A stretch of 64,000 nucleotides of DNA. It comes from Octopus vulgaris (lineage: Eukaryota). Under the pieces are notes generated by a model. The model made no database searches and had not been told where the DNA came from. It saw only the letters and a list, made by a program, of their open reading frames with translations. This document shows, piece by piece, positions 24,590-35,442 of this stretch; the first letter of the stretch is position 1; each line of letters begins with the position of its first letter. The position numbers and the translations under genes were made by a program. The stretch covers positions 70,184,001 through 70,248,000 of the forward strand of contig OX597814.1 of the NCBI GenBank assembly GCA_951406725.2, read 5' to 3'.

Positions 24590-25872
24590 TATTACTGTAT
24601 AAAAAAGACTTTTGTAGTCGCTCTTTCTCCATAACTTATGAACACACACACACACACTGATTCAATTCCACTCATTTATTAAATATCCAATTGTTTTGTT
24701 TTTGCTTGTCAAAGCTCTTTCATTGCTTCTTGCAACCTTTCCAATGACTATTGACTTAGTCCATTATAGAGGCCACATTTGTCTTTCAGTTCATGTTGCA
24801 TGCATGTGTGTGTATATGTACATATGTAAGTATGTAAAGAGGATGGTAGAAGATTATTTGTGTGTGTTTATGTATGTATGTATATAACAAGGATGGTAGT
24901 GGATTGCCCAGGGTGCATGACTAGGCAGTTCACGTGAATGCAAAAGGGGCTTGTGGAAGAAATGCAGTGACTGCTGAAACCTGGGTGAGAATTACAAGCA
25001 CTATTTTCTATTGTTATTTTGTTAACAAGATATACAGAAATATTATCTTTTATTATAATATATTCCTTTACTTTGTTACTAACAATTTGATGACTGTTGT
25101 GAAAGATGTTTGTGCTCGAGTTCTGGACATATGTTGTGGATTCTGTATTATTGTTTTCAATTGATTAGTAAGGTAAGCAAGAGAGTTTATTTTTTCATAT
25201 GTTTAACTTTTGTTATATTTATTTCTTTTACAGACATTCAGTTATTCTATAATATCCACAAGATTTGGTGTTGTACAGTAGGAAAATTTAGCCTTATTTA
25301 TTAAAAATATGGTGATACTTGTGGTTATGAGGATAGTGATACAGTAAGGCCTTTACAAAGCAAAAAAATTATCAAAATCTTAAGGCATAATCCCCATTGG
25401 CTTTTTAACTGCCATTATTTTTGCATTCATCTATTCTTCAAAACATCCTGGCTTGACAATAGGTCAGTATGTCACTTCTAGAATAGATCTATATACTTCT
25501 CATCCATTTGATTAGTGAGGTCTGTAATTCCTTTGAGTTATATAGGTAAACTATATTCAGACTTTAGATTATATTCAATTAGGTAAACTATATTCAGACT
25601 TTAGATTATACTCAATTATTACCTTCAGACTTATTTTTATTAAATAATTACATTAACAAAATTGAGTTGCTATATTATTGTGGGGCTGCTAATATCCCTA
25701 TAGTCAGACTGACATGGTCAGATTCTATCTTAATAACCATCTTTTAATGCCTCTATCTACCTATCCATCCCATCCTCTACTTAATTTGATCTATTTGGTC
25801 AAGGATTAACTTGAACACCATCACCACCTTCCATCTTCAACTACTACTACCTACATAATATATATATATATA

Positions 25873-26754
25873 TCATCATCATCATCATCGTCGTTTAGCG
25901 TCCGTTTTCCATGCTAGCATGGGTTGGAGCGGTTCTACTGGGGTCTGTGAAGCCAGAAGGCTTCATCAGGCCCAGTCAAATCTGGCAGTGTTTCTACGGC
26001 TGGATGCCCTTCCTAACGCCAACCACTCCGTGAGTGTAGTGGGTGCTTTTTACGTGCCACCCGCACAGGTGCCAGACAGAGCTGGCAAACGGCCATGAAC
26101 GGATGGTGCTTTTTATGTGCCACCGGCACAAGGACCAGGCAAGGCTGGCAACGGACACGAAACGGGGCGGTGCTGGCAACGGTCGCGAAACAGAAGGTTC
26201 TCTTACATGCCACCGGCACTGGTAACACATCTGCAATTTCCATTGATCGATTTCCATTCTGATCCTCACTTGCCTCAACGGGTCTTCACAAGTAGAGTTT
26301 CGACATGCCACCGGCACTGGTAACACATCTGCAATTTCCATTGATCGATTTCCATTCTGATCCTCACTTGCCTCAACGGGTTTTCACAAGTAGAGTTTCG
26401 ACATGCCACCGGCACTGGTAACACATCTGCAATTTCCATTGATCGATTTCGATTCTGATCCTCACTTGCCTCAACAGGTCTTCACAAATAGAGTTTTGTG
26501 TCCCAAGAAGGGAAGGTATGCATACGTAGGCTGGCTCCATCCCAAGTAGAAGGCCACGGGTTATGGACTCACTTGTCCTGCCGGGTCTTCTCGCGCACAG
26601 CACACTTCCAGAGGACTCGGTCTCTAGTCATTTCCTCAGTGAGACCTAAAGTTCGAAGGTCGTGCTTCACCACCTTGTCCCAGGTTTTCCTGGGTCTGCC
26701 TCTTCCACAGGTTCCCTCAACTGCTAGGGTGTGGCACTTTTTCACACAACTATC
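25873..26754 (-). mobile_element. 5'-truncated RTE LINE with a 98-bp triplication in the 3' UTR
   Basis: Family tail. Repeat units start at 26205, 26303 and 26401. Confidence 0.92.
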
Positions 26755-27154
26755 TTTACTCTTTTACTTGTTTCAGTCGCCATTTGACTGTCGCCATTTG
26801 ACTGTGCTGGAGCACCGCCTTTAATCGAGCAAATCGACCCCAGGACTTATTCTTTGTAAGCCTAGTACTTATTCTATCGGTCTCTTTTGCCCAACCGCTA
26901 AGTTATGGGAACGTAAACACACCAGCATCGGTTGTCAAGCGATGTTGGGGAGACAAACACAAACATATACACACACGTATATACATATATACGATGGGCT
27001 TCTTTCAGTTTCCATCTACCAAATCCACTCACAAGGCTTTGGTCCGCTCAAAGCTATAGTAGAAGACACTTGCCCAAGGTGCCATGCAGTGGGACTGAAC
27101 ATAGAACCATGTGGTTCATAAGCAAGCTACTTACCACACAGCCTCTCCTACACC
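26755..27154 (-). mobile_element. Full-length tRNA-derived SINE
   Basis: Reverse complement of 63243-63630. A-box-like and B-box-like (GGTTC...TCC) head, then ACCTTGGGCAAGT (CORE-like). Confidence 0.88.
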
Positions 27155-27639
27155 TATATATATATATACACACAAAATTCCGCTATTTTGATACTTGACA
27201 GATATGCACATATCACGTAGTGAAGTACCTTGTATCAAAGCAAACTCTTCTCTATCAACATATGTCTTTCACTCTCTTTGATGTGTAACTTAGTTTCCCC
27301 TAACCATCTGGTACTGACCAGTTGTCCAGATTAACTACCCAATACAAAGGCTTCATAAGTATGCTGTTCTTATTTATCATCTCTTCATTTTCTCTCCCAC
27401 CCCTAACTTCTCCCTTATCCATCACCCTTTCTGACTTTAATTCTACTTTCTCCACTCTCCCTCTTCTCCTCTTTTTTCAGACTTCATCATCATCACCAAC
27501 CACCTAGTACATTTCTTCAATATATTCTCTTCTTTTAATTAGCCCATCAGCCTGTCTCTCTCTCTACTTGAGCATATTTTATCTTCCCTGCTGCTTTAAG
27601 CATTCTTCTGACAATGAGATGGATTGCACAACAAACCAC

Positions 27640-28137
27640 CAGGAGTCTCAGTCTCCTCTCATCCCCTCTGTTAGGCCTAGTGTCTGTAGATCTTTTCTCA
27701 CCACTTTGTCCTGCATTTTCCTGGGTCTACCCCTTCCACATGTTCCCTCTACAATTAGAGATCTGCACCTCTTGATGCAACTGGCTTCATTCATATGCAT
27801 CATATAGCTATACCAGTGCAGTCTTCTTTCTTGCATACATGTGATGCTACATATACCCAATTTTTCTCTCAAGTCACTTACAATCTGTCATATATGCACA
27901 CTGACATTACCCATCTAATGAAGCATACTATCAAGTCACTTACACTCTGTCATATATGCACACTGACACTACCCATCCAATGAAGCATAGTGGTTTCTTT
28001 TCTTTCAAGATTTTGCATATCCTCAATAGTCACAGCCCATGTCTCACAGCCATGTGACATAGCTGTCCATACACAGCATCATGCAATCTGTCTTTCACTC
28101 TGAGAGAGAGACTCTTCATTACTAACAGCGGTAGTAA
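27640..28137 (-). mobile_element. Old RTE LINE fragment
   Basis: ORF 27648-27872 reads ERRLHWY...CGRGRPRK. Confidence 0.82.
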
Positions 28138-28229
28138 CAAGAGAAAAGTTTCTTAGCTTGGCTGAACATGTTATGCATGAAATAATAACAGCAAGCAGTG
28201 TGAAAATTAAGGTACCACATGAATGAAAA

Positions 28230-28266
<37 letters not shown>

Positions 28267-28268
<2 letters not shown>

Positions 28269-28480
28269 CACCGGCATAGCTATATGAAGCTTGCTTCCCT
28301 ACCACATGGTTCTGGGCTTAGTCCACTTCATGGCACCTTGGGCAAGTGTCTTCTACTATAGCTTCAGGTCGACCAAAGCCTTGTGAGTTGATTTGGTAGA
28401 TGGAAACTGAAAGAAGCTCATATATATGTATATTTTTATGTGTGTTTGTGTCTGTTTGTCCCTCCACCATCGCTTAACAA
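28267..28480 (+). mobile_element. tRNA-derived SINE, 5' part
   Basis: Matches 63243-63470 and follows (TA)n. Confidence 0.82.
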
Positions 28481-28481
28481 G

Positions 28482-29415
28482 GACATTCAGCTGTGCAGTG
28501 GTCTCTCAGGAAGATGCAGAACACTTGGTGGGAGGGTCTTGCTTGTGATGCAAATGACAGCAAGAAGCTTTACCATCTTATGAAGCAAGTTTATTGCCCT
28601 AAGAGCTCTGCATCAGCTCCTTTGCTTTCCTAGGAGTCTTTTACTCTATTTACTAAATCAATAGAAATCACAGGTCACTAGATTGAACACTTCTCTGAGC
28701 CATGAGTCAGTTGTGGATGAAACAGTGATTGATACTATGGAACAAAGACCTATCATTGGCTCCTTAAATTCCACACCCTCAGTAGATAAGGTAATAACAG
28801 CAATAAGTAAACTGAATCATGGTAGGGCACTGGGAAGGGATGGAATTTGTGCTGAGGTCTTACGATTTGGTGGTGATTACATTATACAGTCCCTTCATGA
28901 ACTTATTAGTGTAGGTGCAATACCTATGGACTGGATGGATGGAATTATTCTTCCTCTCTATAAAGGAAAAGGAAAAAATATTGTGTGGTGACTACAGAGG
29001 TATTACTCTACTCTCAGCTGCTGGCAAGGTTCTGGCAAATATTCTTCTTACCTGCCTGAATGGGTGTCTCATAAATGATGTCCTATCTGAATCTCAATGT
29101 GGCTTCCAATCTGGAAGAGGGACGATGGATATGATTTTCACAGCAAGACTGATGCAGAAGAAGTGCTATGAGCAGAATATGAATCTTGTCCAGGTATTCA
29201 TTGATTTAACAAAGGCCTTTGATACTGTAAATAGGGTCTTGCTATGGAAAATACTTGGCGAACTTGGCTGTCCAGATCCCTTTGTATCTATAATTAAATC
29301 ATTTCATGATGGGATGGAAGCTTGGGTCAATGTTGGTGGTGGCCTGGCAGCACCCATTCATGTAGAGAATGGTGTCAAGCAGGGTGACATCCTTGCCCCA
29401 ACTCTCTTTTCTTTG
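28482..29415 (+). mobile_element. Fragment of a second RTE lineage (BovB-like RT domains)
   Basis: CGDYRGITLLSAAGK, SESQCGF, FIDLTKAFDTV and GVKQGDILAPTLF. Clearly distinct from the dominant family (GVHQGSVLSP). Confidence 0.85.
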
Positions 29416-29891
29416 TAATGTGGCAGTCCCATTTGGAACAGATAGTGTCATATAGCCAGCTGGAGACGATGTTTCCTGGGGCTAAATAACAGTAACATTC
29501 ATCTCAACTGGGACTGCCATATTATGTTGGCAAATAATCTTTACTAAAGTAGAGTACTGTTACTGAATGTCTCTCATTGAGAGATTTAGAAATAATGTTT
29601 CTATTTATTAGATCGGTAACTGTGTGTCACTTTGAAAATTATATATTTGAACAGGAATTTAGCAACGCCATCTCTAGCTGAGCAGTTATTCTGTGCTGAG
29701 GAAGGGAAATAGCCCAAAAACCACAGTCCACAGGTATTATTTTGTGCTGAGTGGGAATGCTAAACTCCCCAATTCAAAAATATAAGGACACAAATAGTGT
29801 GTCATATAGCCAGCTGAAGATGATGTTTCCTGGGGCTAAATAACAGTAACATTCATCCCAACTGGGAATGCCACATTATGTTGGCAAATAA

Positions 29892-32089
29892 TAAAATATC
29901 TGGCAGTGTCGGCTATAACCTAGTCACCCGTATAGTCAACCAGGTGATACACGAAGGAGTCATACCCAATGACTGGTGTAGCAGCATACTAGTCAACTGC
30001 TACAAAGGTAAAGGTGATGCCCTGGATACAAATAATTACAGAGGTATCAAGCTGTTGGATCAGGTAATGAAGGTTACGGAGAGGGTCATAGCCCAACTAA
30101 TTAGAGAGAGAGAGTTAGTTTAGATGAGATGCAGTTTGGGTTTGTCCCAGGGAAAAGCACCACTGATGCTATATTCCTGGTAAGGCAGCTGCAGGAGAAA
30201 TACCTAGCCAAAGATAAGCCCCTGTACCTGGCTTTCGTTGACATGGAGAAAGCCTTTGATAGGGTCCCCCGATCCCTCATCTGGTGGTCAATGAGGAAAC
30301 TAGGGATAGATGAATGGCTGGTGAGGGCTGTGCAAGCCATGTACAGAGATGCCGTAAGTAAGGTTAGAGTTGGCAGCATGTACACAGAAGAATTCAAGGT
30401 AGAGGTTGGGGTCCACCAGGGTTCAGTACTCAGCCCCCTCCTATTTATCATAGTCCTCCAGGCAATTGTGGAGGAATTCAAGACAGGTTGCCCCTGGGAG
30501 CTCCTCTATGCTGACGACCTCGCTCTAATCGCTGAGTCACTATCAGAACTGGAGGAGAAGTTCCAGGTGTGGAAGGAGGGTTTAGAATCGAGGGGCCTTA
30601 GAGTCAACCTAGCTAAAACCAAAGTACTAATAAGTAGAAAGTTAGAAAATCCACAAATATCCTCAGGAAGATGGCCCTGCTCGATCTGTAGAAAAGGTGT
30701 AGGTAGAAACTCTATAAGATGTACCCAGTGTAAGCTATGGACACATAAGAGGTGCAGCAATGTCAAAAGAAGGCTAACTGGGAAGATAGTTTTTGTATGT
30801 GGCAGATGCTCTGGAGCATTGACCTCCGAAAATCTGCAGAAAACAACTTCCGTCACTTTCCGGGGGAAAAACTAGAAGTAGTTGATAGCTTCCGCTATCT
30901 AGGTGACCAAGTCAGTAGTGGGGGCGGGTGCGCTGAAAGTGTAACTGCTAGAATAAGAATAGCCTGGGCAAAGTTTAGGGAGCTCTTACCTCTGCTGGTG
31001 ACTAAAGGCCTCTCGCTCAGAGTAAAAGGCAGACTGTATGATGCATGTGTACGAACAGCTATGCTACATGGCAGTGAAACATGGGCCGTGACTGCTGAGG
31101 ACATGCGTAAGCTTGTGAGGAATGAAGCCAGTATGCTCCGATGGATGTGTAATGTCAGTGTACTTACTCGACAGAGCGTTAGTACCTTGAGAGAAATGTT
31201 GTACCTAAGAAGCATCAGTTGTTGTGTGCAAGAGAGACGATTGCGCTGGTATGGTCATGTGGCGAGAATGGATGAAGATAGGTGTGTGAGAAAGTGCCAA
31301 TCCCTAGCAGTTGAGGGAACCCGTGGAAGAGGTAGACCCAGGAAAACCTGGGACGAAGTCGTGAAGCACGACCTTCGGACGTTAGGTCTCACCATGGAAA
31401 TGACTAGAGACTGAGACCTATGGAAGTATGCTGTGCGTGAGAAGACCCGGCAAGACTAGTGAAGCCATAATCCGTGGCCCCTACCTGGGACGTAGTCAGT
31501 CCACCATTGCATAACTTCCTTCTTGTGACACTTGTGAAGACCTGTTGAGGCAAGTGAGAATCGAATCGAATCAAATCAAATCAAATCGAACCAATCAAAA
31601 TAGATGAACATCAATGGAATTTGTATCCTTGTGGTACCAGTGCCGGTGGCACATAAGAAAACCATCCGAACGTGACCGTAGCCAGTACCGCAACGACTGG
31701 CCTCCGTGCTGAGGGCACATAACAAACACCATCCGAGCGTGGCTGTCCGCCAGCCCCGTCTGGCACCTGTGTCGGTGACACATAAGAAAACACCATCCGA
31801 GCGTGGCCGTCACCCAGCCTCGTCTGGCACCTGTGCCGGTGGCACATAAAAAACACCATCCGAGCGTGGCCGTCTGCCAGCCTCGTCTGGCACCTGTGTC
31901 GGTGGCACATAAAATCACCCACTACACTCTCGGAGTGGTTGGCGTTAGGAAGGGCATCCAGCTGTAGAAACACTGCCAGATCTGACTGGCCTGGTGCAGC
32001 CTTCGGGCTTGCCAGACCCCAGTTGAACCGTCCAACCCATGCTAGCATGGAAAGCGGACGTTAAACGATGATGATGATGATGATGATGA
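29892..32089 (+). mobile_element. 5'-truncated young RTE LINE: full RT with embedded PHD-type finger, 3' UTR hairpin array, (GAT)n tail
   Basis: ORFs 29878-30123, 30129-30875 and 30752-31414 are joined by two frameshifts. Motifs NYRGIKLL, QFGF, DMEKAFD, HQGSVLSP, YADD and FRYLG. Confidence 0.96.
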
Positions 32090-32162
32090 TCTCTGTCTTG
32101 TTTTCTGCATGTTTGAAACATATATAAACATATACATATGCATACACATACACACACACATA

Positions 32163-34372
32163 TGGAAAATAAGACTAGGTAGAAAATGCTAAAATAATTT
32201 TATTATGAAATACATTTTGTAATGGTTAGTATTGCTTTCAGTCTTTTCAACTTTTTCAACTAAGAGTAAAAGAAAGGTGGATATTAATTAAGAAGAAAAA
32301 TAATTAAACTGAAGAAAAAATATGTAAGATATTTTCCCTTTTTTCTGTCTTTCTCTTTTCCTTTGTGAAGGCTCAGTAGGTAGTAGCAGATCTGAAAATA
32401 TAGTGTTTAGGGGTGAAAATAAATATTTGGTTCTGAAGTTTGATGGTTTAAGCAGCAGCAGCTGAGAAAGGAGACAGCAAAGAAAGAGGAGGAGAAGAAG
32501 AAAAGAGGAAGAAAAAGATGGGAGTGGTATAACCCAGTAGTAGAGGCTGTCCATGGAATCGACTTTACTGGTCAAGTGACCTGTTGTAGCAGTTGTGGTA
32601 GGAACTGTTCTAAATAAATTCATGGGTAGTGACTGTTCTTAACATATCTATCGTTTTTAATATTTGTGTGAGTATTATTCTAAGATCCTTATAATAATGT
32701 CATCTGCAGTGGAAGCATTCAAAAGAAGTTTATATTTTGCAATAAAATCATATTCTTTGCTAATGTGCTGATTATTGATTCATTCTCCCTAAATTTATAG
32801 AGGGGAAAAATTCTGAAGTTGGGTTGCTCATCAGTGGTGCAAATGTTGATATGTTCATTTTATGCTATTTTTCTGTATTCCCATATTTTCATCTGGGATC
32901 TATGTACGGTCCTCCTCTTGTGTAGACTGCTTTTTGTTTGACCAATGTATTGCTCTCAACACCCTGTGCAAGTTAACACATATATCAGGTTTTCCGAAGC
33001 ACATGTAAAGTTTTTCTCTGTAAAATGTTGACCCTGTTTGAAGGAGAACTCCAATCTCTTAATTAGGTTGATGCACATACCACAGTTAGGTCTTCCACAT
33101 ATTTTTACTGTTGGTTTTGATATTGTTGACTGTACTTGGGCTTGGGTTAGAATACTTTTCATTGAGTTGGGTTGTCTTTTGGTGTGCATTTGAAGAATTT
33201 GATTCATTCTATGGTCCCTTTTTAGTAAAGGAATGTTCTGAAGAATGGCATTGAAGACCTCATTGTTTAGTGGGTTGTATGTGGATATGTATGGTAGAGG
33301 TTGTAATTCATTCTTTAGTTTGGGATGTCTGAGTTCATGTACGTAGAGTTGTAGGGCACATTGAAAACCTATATCGATTAATGATGGTGGGTAATTCTTG
33401 CTGATGAGTGTATCCTTTAGTTCATGTAGCCATGTGTCCCTTGTGCTTGTATTAGTTACTATAGCTGCAAATCCTTTTGCTAAGCTGAAAGGAATATTCA
33501 TTCTAATGTCTGGTGTGGCATATGAGTTGAATGGTAGATATTGTTTGGAGTCCATGGGCTTATAGTATGTGCCTGTTTCTATTTTGCTGTTGGATTCCTT
33601 AATGAGTATGTTGAGGAATGGAAATTGCTGATGGTTATATTCCATCGTAAACTGAATGTTTATGTCAAGTTCATTTAAAAGTGCTTGAAATTCTTTGTCT
33701 TTCTATACTTTCATGCCAAAGAATGAAGCAGTCATCTAGATATCTCTTCCAGTTATTTTCTATGTAAAGGGAGAATGGGTTCCTGTATTTTTCTAGTACC
33801 TTGCGATAAAGAGTGATTTCTAGGATCTTAAAATAATACCCATGCAAATATTAAAAATGATAGATTAAGAACAGTCACTACCCATGAATTTATTTAGAAC
33901 AGTTCCTACCACTACTGTTACAACCAAAACAGGATACTTGTATGTCACTTCACCACTAAAGTAGATTTCATGGACAGACTCTCATCTTTTTATTCTTGGT
34001 CTCCTGCTTCTCTTTCCTCTTCTTCTTCTTCCCCTTCTCTTTCTTTGCCTTCTCCTTCCTCAGCTGCTACTTCTTAAACCATTGAACTTCTGAATCAAAT
34101 ATCTATTTTCACCCATAAACACTATATTTTCAGATCTGCTACTACCTACTAAGCCTTCACAAAGGAAAAGAGAGAGAGAGACAGAAAAAAGAGAAAATGT
34201 CCTACATATTTGAAGACTATGGAAATAGTTACAATACGTTTCCTTTAATTTAATTGTTTTTCTTCTTAATTAATATCCATTTTTGCTTTACTCTTAGATG
34301 AAAAAGTCAAAAAGACTGAAAGCAAAATGTATTTCATGATAAAATTATTTTAGCATTTTCTACCTTTTTCAT
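32163..34372 (-). mobile_element. 5'-truncated Penelope-like element flanked by inverted pseudo-LTRs
   Basis: About 32165-32690 is the reverse complement of about 33821-34372. Between them lie the RT end (RYLDDCF, FPFLNILI, YYKPMDS), a Cys linker (CGRPNCGMC) and GIY-YIG (NLIYVLTC...YIGQT). Confidence 0.9.
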
Positions 34373-34578
34373 ATACATATCAACTCGTGTGTTGCTTTTC
34401 AACCTTCTACATAGATCACTAGCCACTACACATTCTTTATTTTCACTCCTTGTTCCTTTCTGTGGAAGAGTGTAGGCTCTTAAAGACTTTTTCACTTCCC
34501 ATGTTGTCTACACCACCTGTCTTTGTCTTTTGTTTTTTATGAATTCTCCACCCCACCCCCCACACACACACACATATA

Positions 34579-35403
34579 CTAGCAGTATAGCCCGGGATTA
34601 AGTTAGATTGTTAAGCTAATCAAGCACTTTATTTCAAACCAAACACTGGCGTCAAATTTGAGCAAAATCCATTGAAATTGGTAAACGTTTGGCTGAAAAT
34701 GGGTTGCAGACAATTTGATTGGGAAATCCCATAAGGAGTTGGTTTATCGATTTTTCATCCTGATTGAATGGAAAACCACATAAGGAATCAATTTATTGAT
34801 TTTTCACCCCAAATAGGACTTAACCGAACACAACATTGCAGATTCAAAAAATCTTTATTTATACTTTAAACCCAATTCTGCAGAATCAGTGCGTTGAGAG
34901 TTTGACATGGGTTGAGAGTTTGACCAGCAGAGGTGATCAGGTTGCACATGCTGGCCCTTTCGAAACCACCCCCTTCCACCATCTAACCCCACTTGGCCCA
35001 TGGGTTGGGAGCCCTTCCAGCAAGGAAAATAGAATGCCCAAAGGGCTCCCAGTCCTCTGTGTCAGAAGAGGTTATGTTCAGATCACAACTAAACCTTAAC
35101 CTAGCGAAAGGAGGCTCAAAAGCCTCTGAAAGGCAGGTACTAACCCCGATCTAGACCTAACCCCTTCCTAGGGGTACTGTCGGTCAAGGCTGCATCGAAG
35201 ATATGCATTGGAAAAAGTTGCCTCGGAGATCTGCATTGGAGAAGGTTGCATCAAAGGTTTGCATGCTATTATATATATATATGTATATATATCACCTTGA
35301 CCAACCAGGCTATCAGATGTTGCTACACATTGCTGGTCACAATGCGCTTCGCATTGTCTTAGCCTTCAAATGACGCCACCCCGCTGGCCAAGCAAGCAGG
35401 CCA

Positions 35404-35442
<39 letters not shown>

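Noticed and set aside
25172-25233. Short GTAAGC...TTTTACAG intron-like segment
   Set aside because: The flanks give no convincing reading frame linked to the host exons; it cannot be supported without transcripts.
25543-25618. 38-bp tandem duplication
   Set aside because: Ordinary local slippage with no further structure.
30101-31215. Recurrent antisense ORFs in RTE copies (also 44814, 45548, 55335, 55725)
   Set aside because: They are shadow ORFs of the RT frame that recur because the copies are homologous; no independent motifs.
31640-31915. CRISPR-like repeat/spacer pattern (also 58810-59060 and 60480-60790)
   Set aside because: It lies in the 3' UTR of a eukaryotic LINE, the spacers are related to each other, and there are no cas genes.
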